Virus record (IMG/VR): IMGVR_UViG_3300010885_072825
Coordinates: 64,001 to 128,000 of that record
Strand: one strand, 5' to 3'
Origin: a virus
DNA: 64,000 nucleotides
How positions within the stretch are numbered: position 1 is the first letter of the stretch; the number at the start of each line of letters is the position of its first letter. The position numbers and the translations under genes were made by a program. Shown piece after piece: positions 1-9,459 of this stretch. Under the pieces are notes generated by a model, which saw nothing but the letters and a program-made list of their open reading frames with translations, was not told the origin of the DNA and did not search any database.

Positions 1-843
1 GCGATATTCTTTGACAAATTCACTGATCATTTTAGCAACATCATCAATCATAGCCATGTTAAACTTCAACAATTTACTTTCGGAAGTATCCACATTGAAA
101 GCTTTTAGCCAATCTTCATCTAGAGCATTTTCACTATCTACTAGAATTACATATATTCCTTGATCTTGTGCATTTTTGATAATATTGGCACTTAGGAGGC
201 TTTTGCCACTGTTGTGACTGGAAAACCCATCACCCCAATATCTATGGTTTGGATGATCAACTTCAAAATCATAGCACTCTTCGGCTGGCATAGAATTAGA
301 TACTTCAACTGTTTGTATACCTGAATCAGTCAATAATTGATCACCGACTTGTAGTTCACTAGCTAAAATCCAATTGTTATTTGCATCTTGCAATAGATGA
401 TTTACTGCACAGCACGTTTGATTGCGTTCAGTTTTGATAAATTGCATATTAAGCCGACCCTTATCAAACCAGTTAATAATTGGCTGATATCCATCCGGAG
501 TATCAATAAAGATTATGTATTGTTGACTTTGAAAAAGTTTTTTTAATTCACCAACTGTTATTTTTTCTGGTGGGAAAAATGCAAACGGATCTTTTTCTCG
601 ATCAAAATCAATTGGTTGAGCTCGAACCCGAACAATTGCTGATTCCGGCAAGCATCCTGACTCCCCGGCCAAAATTGTGGTCTTTCCCAATGGCACTCCA
701 CGATTAAAGTTACCACTGATTACATAGTTTAGTGCATAATTACCTGTTGATATCCAAGTCTTGGGATCATGAAATCCCACACTGATACCATCTATACTTT
801 TAGTTATGTTTTTACGAAAACGCGAAACATCAAATGGTTTCAT
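1..843 (-). CDS. uvsX: UvsX/RecA-like recombinase containing an intein (3' end runs off the window)
   Basis: Hand translation from ATG at 843 (SD AGGAG): MKPFDVSRFRKNITKSIDG...ISTGNYALNYVISGNFNRGVPLGKTTILAGESG-[intein]-SGKSLLSANIIKNAQDQGIYVILVDSENALDEDWLKAFNVDTS. Directly downstream of the gp32-like gene. Missing from the ORF track because it has no stop in the window. Confidence 0.92.
   Translation of the reverse strand, partial: MKPFDVSRFRKNITKSIDGISVGFHDPKTWISTGNYALNYVISGNFNRGVPLGKTTILAGESGCLPESAIVRVRAQPIDFDREKDPFAFFPPEKITVGELKKLFQSQQYIIFIDTPDGYQPIINWFDKGRLNMQFIKTERNQTCCAVNHLLQDANNNWILASELQVGDQLLTDSGIQTVEVSNSMPAEECYDFEVDHPNHRYWGDGFSSHNSGKSLLSANIIKNAQDQGIYVILVDSENALDEDWLKAFNVDTSESKLLKFNMAMIDDVAKMISEFVKEYR
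211..654 (-). mobile_element. Mini-intein (148 aa, no endonuclease) in the Walker A motif of UvsX
   Basis: Starts CLPESAIVRV, has a block-B-like CCAVNHLL, ends CYDFEVDHPNHRYWGDGFSSHN, and the +1 residue is Ser. Removing it restores GESG-SGKS. Confidence 0.93.
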
Positions 844-876
844 AATTATTCTCCTAGTTGAAAAGGGTTTTTTAAT

Positions 877-900
877 GGGGATACCGTTGCCAGTATCCCC
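877..900 (-). terminator. Stem-loop between gp32 and uvsX (terminator or mRNA-processing hairpin)
   Basis: GGGGATAC-N8-GTATCCCC; no clear U-run on the minus strand. Confidence 0.5.
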
Positions 901-914
901 GATATTAAATTGAA

Positions 915-1937
915 TTATCGAGCAGCTTGTTGGCGGCTTCGAATTACGGCCAGTATTTGTTCTGGCGTTTTCTTTTCACTAGTAGAACTCTGTGTTGGTT
1001 CAGGAGTAGTATCTACTTCTTCTTCAACAATAGGTGTCGCTTTCATTCGGCTCAATATTGAACTTGCAGAAGGAACAGCAGTTTCTGTTTTAACCGTTTG
1101 ATTAGCTTGACCAGTTGGTTGATCACTGGTTTCAGCTTTGAATCCACGAGGCTTATAGTATTGACCCCAACGATCTGGATCATACATTTCACCATCAACA
1201 CTGGCTTCAAACAATTCCATGATAGCTGTTTTATGAACTTCATCTGGTTTTTGTGGCAACCAAGAATTTAGGGTATAGAGGCCATGTGTTTCAATTACGT
1301 GTAGTTCATCAGCTGAAAGTGGACGTTCTTTCATGTGCCATGAGCTGGAAGTATAGTTAGGCCACTTGCCTTTGATAGTCTTGGAAATGTCAAAATCACG
1401 ACCATTCTCATAGTCGGTTGGTGAATTTTCCAGATCTGGGCGTAGCAAAATTCCTTTAATAATATCAAACAATTCTTGATTGATATCAAAACGTCGAATA
1501 GGATTTTCAGGTGTTGTGTCATCTGGGTTGGGATTTTTTGTAACAAATCCCTGTAGTAGAAAAGACTTCTTCCTATAATATGTGCGAGCCATGTCTTCCA
1601 AAGCAGTGTCTTTCCACCATGGAGCAATTGCGGCTGTAATACCACATGACCTGTCTTCCCACATATTGGTGCAGGGAACTACTACATCTGTTCTTTTGGA
1701 ATCGCGTTCACCTTTGATTCCTGCAAAGGGAAGTCGAATTGTTAATTTTTCTCTCCAGAAGAAATCATTAGTTGGATCTTCATCTGGTAGGAAACGCGCT
1801 GTTGCTAGTGAATTTTCCGGGTTATTCCAAAATGCATAAGTTAAATTGTTGTTTTGGAAGTTGCCTGTTTTACCTTTTTCTCGTTTTGCTTCTTGTTCTA
1901 ATAGTTTTGCTTGAATTTCTTTTAAAGTTTTTGCCAT
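915..1937 (-). CDS. T4 gp32-like single-stranded DNA-binding protein
   Basis: ARFLPD...FFW, VPCTNMW...CGI, YYRKKSFLLQG, GRDFDISK...YTSSSW, acidic low-complexity tail; next to uvsX. Confidence 0.85.
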   Translation of the reverse strand: MAKTLKEIQAKLLEQEAKREKGKTGNFQNNNLTYAFWNNPENSLATARFLPDEDPTNDFFWREKLTIRLPFAGIKGERDSKRTDVVVPCTNMWEDRSCGITAAIAPWWKDTALEDMARTYYRKKSFLLQGFVTKNPNPDDTTPENPIRRFDINQELFDIIKGILLRPDLENSPTDYENGRDFDISKTIKGKWPNYTSSSWHMKERPLSADELHVIETHGLYTLNSWLPQKPDEVHKTAIMELFEASVDGEMYDPDRWGQYYKPRGFKAETSDQPTGQANQTVKTETAVPSASSILSRMKATPIVEEEVDTTPEPTQSSTSEKKTPEQILAVIRSRQQAAR

Positions 1938-2041
1938 TTTGTTTTGCTTTCATTTAATGTTAAGACGTTCACTGTGATCCACACAGCGCCGACGAACTAT
2001 TTATGCAAAATGGCTGACTATTGATTCAATATTCATGACAT

Positions 2042-4027
2042 TTATTTCAAGTATTCACCATATTTCTCCAGTAAACTTGGGTCAATACATGATCGTGGGT
2101 TTATGAATTTGATTGCTATTGGATTTTGTTTTAACGCAGCACTTTGAACCATTGGTGCTGGTAAAATAATATATCGAATAGCTAATCCATTTTCGCTGAC
2201 CGCAGCCAATTGAATTGGTATACTAGGTTTGCTTATATATTGTATGGCATCCGGCATTGCTTTGACAGCAGCTAATTGAACTTCTAAAGAAGGATCGTTA
2301 ATGAATCTTATTGAAGTTCCATATAAATTAACGGATGCCAATTGAACAGGTATGCTAGGTTCTTCAATATGCTGAATATTAGCCCATGATTTCTCAACAA
2401 ATGCGATTTGTTGTTTCTCTGTCCAATCATTGGGTTCAACTGATTTGTTCTTTGTTTCGGTTAATGATTCATTCAATTGGTCACCATATTTCTCCAGTAA
2501 ACTAGGATTAATACATGATCGTGGATTTATGAATTTGATTGCTTCTGGTTTTTGTTTAATTGCAATCGATTGAATCATGGGTGCGGGATTTTCAATATAA
2601 CGAATTGCCATTCCATTTTGCTCCACCGCTTCCAGCTGTACTCTTATAGAAGGATTTTCAATAAGACGTATTAGGGTTCCATCTTTTCTAACAACAATTA
2701 ATTGAAGCTTCTCTGATGGATTTTTAATAAATTGAATAGCATAACCGTATCTGTTAATTGCCATTAATATAAGTTCTTCAGAGGCTTCAGAGGGATTTTT
2801 AATAAATTGAATAGCTCCTGGATTTTTTTGAACAGCAGCATACTGTATTTCAAAACTGGGATTTTTAATATATTTGAGTGCACTACCAAAAGGTGTCACC
2901 GGTTGATTCGTAACTGCACATAGTTGTACGTCAAAACAAGGATTTTTGATATACTGTATTGCATATGGATGAACTGCAACAATGGCCAATTGAACATTGA
3001 TTGAAGGATTATCAATTTGTTTAAATCTTTTAGAATAATTGAGAGTCTTTAATACCCATTTGATTTGTTCTTCATCACTCAAAGTATTGGGATCCGGATC
3101 TCGATTGATTGATTCATCTAATGGGATGATATTAGGTAAGTTATTGTACCAGTCTTTTATAGACGGTGCTAGGTCTTCCCGTTTAATACAAAATGTAACC
3201 ACCTGGTGATTTTTTTTTGCAGCGGCCCATTGGATCATTGCTGGAGGATGTTTTATATAAGCAATTGAATGTGGATCGGCGTTAACTGACGCCAACATAA
3301 CTCGAACACTAGGGTTCGGAATATATTCAATTGCAGCGCGATGGTTTTCGACTGCACACATCAAGATGTCTTCAGTGATTAACTCTGGCCAAGTATCCAG
3401 CATATCTCCAATGATCATTGAATCATCGTGGATTTTCACAACCCGGTCAATGGCCAATTTAATCAATCCAATACTTGGATTAGATAGATTGAATATCCAG
3501 TAGGGATTGTTTTTTATTTCTTCATATTTCTGTTCTTCTGAACGTAGATTACATTCATCTGAATAGGTTTCTAGAACTTGTTTTTTTAGAAAATCCAAAT
3601 TAGCTGAAAAAGAATTGAAATATTCCTGCAGCTCAACTTGTTCTCTTAATAGACCAAATTTGGGTTCAATGTCTCGATTGAATTTTGCCATGTGAATAGA
3701 CAAGCCACAATGCTTGCCAACTGATCTGATCAATTCAATCTTAGTCAACATTTTATTGAAATTCACATTACCGATCACGCTGGCGTCCGGAATTTTAATA
3801 TCGATCTGACTCTTTGCGCCATTTTCAACAAAAATAATCAAATAACTATAACTTTTTAAATTTTGTTTTTCAGTGTCAGAGTTTGCAACCGTAACAAACA
3901 TTCGTCGCATTTCAGACATGTCTTTGGTAGTTGCCCCATCTTGGTCAAACGTTTGAACGTGGCTTTCTTCCAAGCCTTTGACTATTCCCAGTATTCGTTC
4001 ACTAACATCATTCCAATCAATATTCAT
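2042..4027 (-). CDS. Late protein with three modules of DUF4116-like helical repeats (possible polyprotein)
   Basis: Repeat unit ~AIQYIKNPSxxVQLAAVxxN; late promoter at 4049-4056; L-x-E-S/T motifs precede each module. Confidence 0.7.
   Translation of the reverse strand: MNIDWNDVSERILGIVKGLEESHVQTFDQDGATTKDMSEMRRMFVTVANSDTEKQNLKSYSYLIIFVENGAKSQIDIKIPDASVIGNVNFNKMLTKIELIRSVGKHCGLSIHMAKFNRDIEPKFGLLREQVELQEYFNSFSANLDFLKKQVLETYSDECNLRSEEQKYEEIKNNPYWIFNLSNPSIGLIKLAIDRVVKIHDDSMIIGDMLDTWPELITEDILMCAVENHRAAIEYIPNPSVRVMLASVNADPHSIAYIKHPPAMIQWAAAKKNHQVVTFCIKREDLAPSIKDWYNNLPNIIPLDESINRDPDPNTLSDEEQIKWVLKTLNYSKRFKQIDNPSINVQLAIVAVHPYAIQYIKNPCFDVQLCAVTNQPVTPFGSALKYIKNPSFEIQYAAVQKNPGAIQFIKNPSEASEELILMAINRYGYAIQFIKNPSEKLQLIVVRKDGTLIRLIENPSIRVQLEAVEQNGMAIRYIENPAPMIQSIAIKQKPEAIKFINPRSCINPSLLEKYGDQLNESLTETKNKSVEPNDWTEKQQIAFVEKSWANIQHIEEPSIPVQLASVNLYGTSIRFINDPSLEVQLAAVKAMPDAIQYISKPSIPIQLAAVSENGLAIRYIILPAPMVQSAALKQNPIAIKFINPRSCIDPSLLEKYGEYLK
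2047..2545. repeat. Intragenic duplication: ~70-bp near-identical copies at ~2053-2118 and ~2478-2545
   Basis: Both copies read TCACCATATTTCTCCAGTAAACTnGGnTnAATACATGATCGTGGnTTTATGAATTTGATTGCT and encode AIKFINPRSCIxPSLLEKYG. Confidence 0.85.
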
Positions 4028-4054
4028 TCGTATTACTCCAGTAACAACTATTTA

Positions 4055-4762
4055 TCACATATCACCAAATGTGAAATGGCCCATGGGACTCAGTATTGAA
4101 TTGGGTAGATGACGTGACAATCTATAGCCAAAACTGACTTCTCGTCCTTCGGCAACATATTGAAATTTGTCAGGTGATTCTAACAAATAAAAGAAACGTT
4201 GTCCAGTATCAGTTGCAGGATCATAAAAATCAGCGTCAGCATCATCGAATTCCGGATCAATTGCCGTCGTTCCATCAGGCAATTGACTGCCAATATCAGC
4301 AAAATCAAATATGATTTGTGTTTTTAAATCTATTATTTTGGCTGTGAAAAATGGTGAACGAATCAAACTTTTCCACAATTGTTGGCCTGCAGGACTTAGA
4401 TGAGTATCACTCAATATTGGCAGTTTGGTATATTTTTTCACAAACAACATGAGCTCACTCAATATACCTTGTTTTTGATATTGTGGATCCACTGCGGCAT
4501 TAACTGCATATAAGACAGGACCTGGTGCTAATAAAAAACCACAATAACCCACCGGAGATCCTGGACCAACTGCGCGATTGACGGCAAAATAAATTTCATG
4601 CACTTCATCCTTTTGATACCAAACGTCGATTATGAATTTCACAGACCGTGGTTGAATCTGCCCTATCCTCCGTGCATTTGTTGCAGAAGGAATTGTCAAC
4701 TGTGGTTGGTCAAGTATCAATTGAAATTCTGCCAATGTTTTTTCGGTAAGTGGTAATCTCAT
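4055..4762 (-). CDS. GNAT-like acetyltransferase-fold protein
   Basis: Acetyl-CoA motif A-like AVDPQYQKQGI and SDTHLSPAGQQLWKSL; start overlaps the terminase stop. Confidence 0.55.
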   Translation of the reverse strand: MRLPLTEKTLAEFQLILDQPQLTIPSATNARRIGQIQPRSVKFIIDVWYQKDEVHEIYFAVNRAVGPGSPVGYCGFLLAPGPVLYAVNAAVDPQYQKQGILSELMLFVKKYTKLPILSDTHLSPAGQQLWKSLIRSPFFTAKIIDLKTQIIFDFADIGSQLPDGTTAIDPEFDDADADFYDPATDTGQRFFYLLESPDKFQYVAEGREVSFGYRLSRHLPNSILSPMGHFTFGDM

Positions 4763-6333
4763 TACAGCCTCATAAAAGAAAATGGCAGTGGTTCTCTGAA
4801 TGATTCTTCTTCATCATCTCGAAAAATACTGGCAATTGATTCATCCCAACTGGTTGCAATTTGCATCAATCGAACACATAATAGGGTGGCAGAAACCGCA
4901 TCATCATGTTCACCAGTCTTACCACCAAAACTATCTCCTTTGGATACATAAAATTTTAATTGACGCACTATCAATTCACTATTAAGAGTCATACGATCAG
5001 TTTCTATCAGTGTTTTTAATCGAGTACATGACTGAACTTTGGTTCTAGTATTTGTGTTTAATCCTTTGCGTTTTTTTGTTGTTTTTAAACCTGGTTCATT
5101 TATCAATTGTCCATTGATAGTATTTTCACCAATTTCATGTAAGCTGACAATGATGGCTTCACCAACTGAGTTGTTTTCAAAAGTATAGTAAATGTCAGGT
5201 TCAGATTTGGGATCCAGTGTTTTTAATTCATCATGTATATAATTGACCAAGTCTTTTAACATCTGTGTTTGTTTTTTTGGAGACGTATTATTATTAGACC
5301 ACTCAGCGATTTGAATCATGTCTGGTAACATGAATACTTGAATCACACTGTCGTCTTTTCTAACACCTGCACTTGGATCCAGTGCAAGCAAATAGGTTTT
5401 ACCTTTTTCAACTGATTGATACCAGCGTACATGTTGGTGAGTTGTGAATTCAGGTTTACGGGATTTCAATTTAGCTAGTTTGGCTGGTGCAATCAATGTT
5501 TCATCTGCGGTGATAAATTCACACTGGTACTCTCTTCGGAACCGATCTAATGTAATTTTATTAATTTCTTTTTGTGCCCACTCTTCATCACGACCAGGAA
5601 CTTCAGAATACAACGCGGTAAATGATTTAAATCCATTTCTGCCAAGTCCTCCCGGAATAGGGTTACCCCATTCATCAATAGTATTGGTTGCTCCATTCCA
5701 AATTTCAGCAAACTTGTCTTCATCACTATTAGGGGTTGATGTAATTATACATTTTCCCCCAGTTGCTAACGTTGGACTCATTGCTGTCCAAAATTCTTCT
5801 GCAACCTTTGGTCGTATAAATGCAAATTCATCACAATATAAAAGGCTCAATGACATGCCACGCCCTGTATCAGGGGTTGTGGTATAAGCCATTATTCGAC
5901 TTTTATTATCGAATTTTACACTTTGGGTATTATATTCAAGTACACCTGATTTAATAAAATTTGGCATTTCTTCATAAGCAAATTTAACACGACTCATAAT
6001 TTCACTAGCTGCTTTAAATTTATTTGCAGCAATCAGCACGGTTACATCTGGATTAAACATTGCATACCAAAGCAAGTAACCAGCAGTGCAAGTAGTTTTT
6101 CCTGACTGTCGTGAAAGCATACCAATAGACAGTCTATTATTATGCATTATATCTATAAAACGTTCTTGGAAAGGATAAGCAGTGAAAGGCAGAACCCCAA
6201 TTACGGGGTATTGCACCTTCATATAAGTATTCATAAAATATAGTGGATCATACTCACATCGCAAAAAAGACTTCATCTGTTCTTGAGTTAGTGAAGTCCT
6301 AACATGTGGTTTTTTGATTAAATCAATTCCCAT
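4762..6333 (-). CDS. terL: Terminase large subunit (T4 gp17-like)
   Basis: YPFQ adenine motif, Walker A SRQSGKTT, Walker B LLYCDEFAF, motif III ITSTPN, nuclease LALDPSAG...HDDAV. Confidence 0.96.
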   Translation of the reverse strand: MGIDLIKKPHVRTSLTQEQMKSFLRCEYDPLYFMNTYMKVQYPVIGVLPFTAYPFQERFIDIMHNNRLSIGMLSRQSGKTTCTAGYLLWYAMFNPDVTVLIAANKFKAASEIMSRVKFAYEEMPNFIKSGVLEYNTQSVKFDNKSRIMAYTTTPDTGRGMSLSLLYCDEFAFIRPKVAEEFWTAMSPTLATGGKCIITSTPNSDEDKFAEIWNGATNTIDEWGNPIPGGLGRNGFKSFTALYSEVPGRDEEWAQKEINKITLDRFRREYQCEFITADETLIAPAKLAKLKSRKPEFTTHQHVRWYQSVEKGKTYLLALDPSAGVRKDDSVIQVFMLPDMIQIAEWSNNNTSPKKQTQMLKDLVNYIHDELKTLDPKSEPDIYYTFENNSVGEAIIVSLHEIGENTINGQLINEPGLKTTKKRKGLNTNTRTKVQSCTRLKTLIETDRMTLNSELIVRQLKFYVSKGDSFGGKTGEHDDAVSATLLCVRLMQIATSWDESIASIFRDDEEESFREPLPFSFMRL

Positions 6334-6337
6334 CCCT

Positions 6338-6345
6338 TATTTATA
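6338..6345 (-). promoter_or_regulatory. T4-type late promoter TATAAATA 4 nt before the terL ATG, inside a hairpin
   Basis: Minus strand reads CCCTTATAAATAAGGG-ATG. Confidence 0.8.
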
Positions 6346-6355
6346 AGGGGGTTAT

Positions 6356-7240
6356 TTATCCAGCGATCAATTTCATTTCCATAGTTGGATTTTTCACATA
6401 TTTTAACGCTTCAGGATTTTGACAAATAGCTTGATATTGTACTTCTCGTCGTGCTCTGGACTTGAAATGCCCTAATAGGAGGCCATCTTTTTTGACTGCC
6501 GCTAATTGATATTCATATTTGTGAGGATTACCTAACTCCAAAACAACACTTGGTTGAAGGTCAATTGCTAGATACACTAGTTCATCACTGGGATTGTTGA
6601 TGGATCTTATTACACTAGGGGTTGTTCGTATTGCTGTTTCCAACAATTCTGGGAAATGCAATTTGTCTGGAATAGAACGTATTGCATATCCCGACGTTTT
6701 CACAGCTCGCATCAAAAGATCTCGGGTCACGAATTTGGATTTGGATATATCATATATGGTAGAATAACTTTCATCTATACATTCTTCCAAAAGTGACTTT
6801 GGTGGATTTGGCATTTCTAAAACTAGATCCACAACACCACTAGGCCATCGTTTGATTCCCAATGACATTATTTCTTCACTGACGTCAGTGAAGAATTTAA
6901 AGATGTTTGGTGATTTAGAAGAAATGATAGCTGTCTTTTGAAATTCAGTATCTGCTGAATATTCTTGAAACAGTTCTATCAAATTGGCGTCAATGCTCAA
7001 CGCCAGTAACTTGACTTCTCGACTAGTACTATGATCAGCAATATGTTTTTCCCAAAATTCTCTTAGGGGCCTTGTATACCGAGAGTCATACCACGTGTTA
7101 CTTTTTTGTTTTTCATAAAAACAATTGATAGCCATCCTTTGTAGAGTTTCTGTTTGTGGTTCAAGAAATCGAATCAAACTGGGATCTGACTTGATCATCT
7201 CCTCAATCTTGTCTAAAGAAAGAGTTACTTGTTCACTCAT
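6356..7240 (-). CDS. DUF4116-like helical repeat protein
   Basis: Repeats AVKTSGYAIRSIP, AIRTTPSVIRSINNPS, AICQNPEALKYVKNPT. Confidence 0.6.
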   Translation of the reverse strand: MSEQVTLSLDKIEEMIKSDPSLIRFLEPQTETLQRMAINCFYEKQKSNTWYDSRYTRPLREFWEKHIADHSTSREVKLLALSIDANLIELFQEYSADTEFQKTAIISSKSPNIFKFFTDVSEEIMSLGIKRWPSGVVDLVLEMPNPPKSLLEECIDESYSTIYDISKSKFVTRDLLMRAVKTSGYAIRSIPDKLHFPELLETAIRTTPSVIRSINNPSDELVYLAIDLQPSVVLELGNPHKYEYQLAAVKKDGLLLGHFKSRARREVQYQAICQNPEALKYVKNPTMEMKLIAG

Positions 7241-8430
7241 GCATCACCATCCCAAGAATAATTCCAAGTCACTCGATTATTCCACAGGCTTCGTGCCTTG
7301 TCAACCCTGTTCTGAGTAGACAAACTCTTCACAATACGATCAATAACTTGTTCTCGAATCGACTTGCCATCTGCGGCTGCAAACATGATGCCAGCTGCCC
7401 ATGAATCAGTTAGACCAGGCACAACTTCAACCGCGAATTTCTTGCGTTCTGAGCCACACTGTTCAACAAATACGGTGTTAAACATGTTTTGATAACGTTC
7501 AACAGTTTCAGCAACCCCCTGCCAAAAACCAGTTTCGAACTTTTCCAGACGCTGTCGTTCTTCATCTGGCAACATGGATTTGATATCATCAGTTGCTGAA
7601 TTTAGAATCAAGTCAATCACGTTCTTTTCCTGTGACAAGCTATCTCGTGCTTTGTGAATACGTACATAGTCAGCTGCCTTAATCTTTGCCATATGACCGG
7701 TATCAAAGCGAAGCACCCAGCCTTCTTGACCGATGATTGGGCGAGTGGTTTCAACCAGCTCATGAATATCGTCAACTGATCCTGGTCGCTCTTGAACAAC
7801 ATCAAGCTCCCAATTGACAAATTCTTCAAGTGGCAGATAGTCACCCGTTACATTATCTCGAACGGCAAGCAGCACCAAGCGATCAACCGGATAGTCGATC
7901 ACGATTCGTTGCTTTCGGCTACAAAACTCAAAAACTGGCGTCCAGTGATTCCGAATCATCAAATCACAAAATTCCCGATAGTTCTTTCGAGTTTGAACCC
8001 ACTCCTGAGCCATTTGAGCAATATCTGTATCACCCATCTTTGTGGCCATTGTCCAATCACCGGTGGGCAAGACCAGTGGACGCACAAAAGAACCATCCAG
8101 CTTTTCCAAAATTTTATGTGGCCGACCAAGATCAATCAAATGCGGTTGACAATCATCATTTTCACCAATATTTTTGAATTTGTGCAGGGGGCGGCTGATA
8201 ATGCGCCGTTCGTTGTTAAACAGAATTCCGCGACATTCACGCCGAATTGCCCAGTTGCGGGCCGTCTTTGAATCTGGCGCAGTGGTGGGATCAGGAAACG
8301 TATCAGAAAAGTTAACCATATAATTTACAACGTGACCCCAGTCACGACGAGCCACGATAAATTCATCTCGACCTTCAATCGCAGGAAGCACATCGGAAAG
8401 AAATTCAATGCGTGGAAAATCATAAAACAT
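7237..8430 (-). CDS. rnlA: RNA ligase 1 (T4 Rnl1 family)
   Basis: RECRGI, RPLHKFKN, motif I EKLDGS, FEF, EGWV, motif V AKIK. Confidence 0.9.
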   Translation of the reverse strand: MFYDFPRIEFLSDVLPAIEGRDEFIVARRDWGHVVNYMVNFSDTFPDPTTAPDSKTARNWAIRRECRGILFNNERRIISRPLHKFKNIGENDDCQPHLIDLGRPHKILEKLDGSFVRPLVLPTGDWTMATKMGDTDIAQMAQEWVQTRKNYREFCDLMIRNHWTPVFEFCSRKQRIVIDYPVDRLVLLAVRDNVTGDYLPLEEFVNWELDVVQERPGSVDDIHELVETTRPIIGQEGWVLRFDTGHMAKIKAADYVRIHKARDSLSQEKNVIDLILNSATDDIKSMLPDEERQRLEKFETGFWQGVAETVERYQNMFNTVFVEQCGSERKKFAVEVVPGLTDSWAAGIMFAAADGKSIREQVIDRIVKSLSTQNRVDKARSLWNNRVTWNYSWDGDA

Positions 8431-8454
8431 TTGGTAACCTCGTTGTTGTGTTTC

Positions 8455-8483
8455 ACAATAGCTGGTTTTCCTAAACTTGTCAA
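8455..8483 (-). promoter_or_regulatory. Sigma70-type promoter for rnl1
   Basis: TTGACA-17 nt-TATTGT. Confidence 0.7.
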
Positions 8484-8486
8484 ATA

Positions 8487-8494
8487 GATAAATA
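8487..8494 (+). promoter_or_regulatory. Late promoter GATAAATA, 5 nt before ATG 8500
   Basis: nATAAATA consensus; no SD between promoter and start codon. Confidence 0.7.
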
Positions 8495-8499
8495 GCTAG

Positions 8500-8988
8500 A
8501 TGACAACTGCTGAAATCCGAAAAATAATGACTGATTTAGAAACCATTGATTCTGTGGAAAATTCAGTTGATCAAGTTTCTACAGCATTGACAGATTTCAT
8601 TTCAGTTGGACGACCCTTATTAGAGTCATCTGAAATTGATTATGAAGAATTAAGCAAAAAATTTGTTCGATATGTTATGCGTGGATTGAAATTGACTGAC
8701 ATACCACGCATTGAATTCATTACTAAAAAAAGGGTAGAAACCCAACAACCATCGTTTGGTTCATTCAATCCAAATGACAATTCTATTGTGGTCAGCTGTT
8801 TGAATCGTCATCCGGTTGACGTGTTTAGAACTTTGGCACATGAATTGATTCACTACAAACAAAATATTGCCGGTGAACTGAGTACTGATTCTGGTTCAAC
8901 GGGCAGTCGACATGAAAATGAAGCAAATGCCGGGGCTGGTATTATAATGCGAAACTTTGCTAAAAAATACCCCGGCTACTTTAATTGA
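8500..8988 (+). CDS. HExxH zincin-like metallopeptidase, candidate virion-internal protein
   Basis: RTLAHELIHYKQ...HENEANA; N-terminus EIRKIMTDLE...PLLESS; lone inverted late gene. Confidence 0.7.
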   Translation: MTTAEIRKIMTDLETIDSVENSVDQVSTALTDFISVGRPLLESSEIDYEELSKKFVRYVMRGLKLTDIPRIEFITKKRVETQQPSFGSFNPNDNSIVVSCLNRHPVDVFRTLAHELIHYKQNIAGELSTDSGSTGSRHENEANAGAGIIMRNFAKKYPGYFN

Positions 8989-9448
8989 ACATTATTTTTC
9001 GTTCTAATTCTAATTCTGGGTTCAAATAATACCAACGAGCAATTAATTGCTCGTTGGTACTGCCGTCAGTATATAATTCCAATCTTTTTGATTCCGCATC
9101 AAAGTATTTTGCATGTAGTTTTCCATTCATGCTAGCATAAATTAAAGACAGTCGCTTTTTGTTGTGCATGTCTACTAGTACAACGAGGTGATTTTTATGC
9201 AGCAACCAATAAAAAATTGTTTCGACAAATTGTATAATGTGGATTCGCCATCCCAGAACAGGTATATTGATCATGGTGACTATGATTATAAATGATACCA
9301 AAACAATAGCTGATGTAGAAAAAAGTATCAAAGTTTCGACTACGCTCAAATGATTAATCTTAGATGTCCATAATATGAAATTCTCAAACGCCATCATGAT
9401 TATGAAGGGTGTTAAAAATTTAAAAATGCCAAATATAACACCCTTCAT
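8981..9448 (-). CDS. Hypothetical membrane protein
   Basis: Two to three hydrophobic segments; fits gene packing. Confidence 0.55.
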   Translation of the reverse strand: MKGVIFGIFKFLTPFIIMMAFENFILWTSKINHLSVVETLILFSTSAIVLVSFIIIVTMINIPVLGWRIHIIQFVETIFYWLLHKNHLVVLVDMHNKKRLSLIYASMNGKLHAKYFDAESKRLELYTDGSTNEQLIARWYYLNPELELERKIMFN

Positions 9449-9459
9449 AGATTTTAATC

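Noticed and set aside
2047-2545. Diversity-generating retroelement template/variable repeat pair
   Set aside because: Both copies are in-frame coding modules of one gene, the few mismatches are mostly synonymous, and no reverse transcriptase is in the window
4762-6333. Intein or intron in the terminase (also checked thyA)
   Set aside because: Motif spacing and lengths are normal with no interruption
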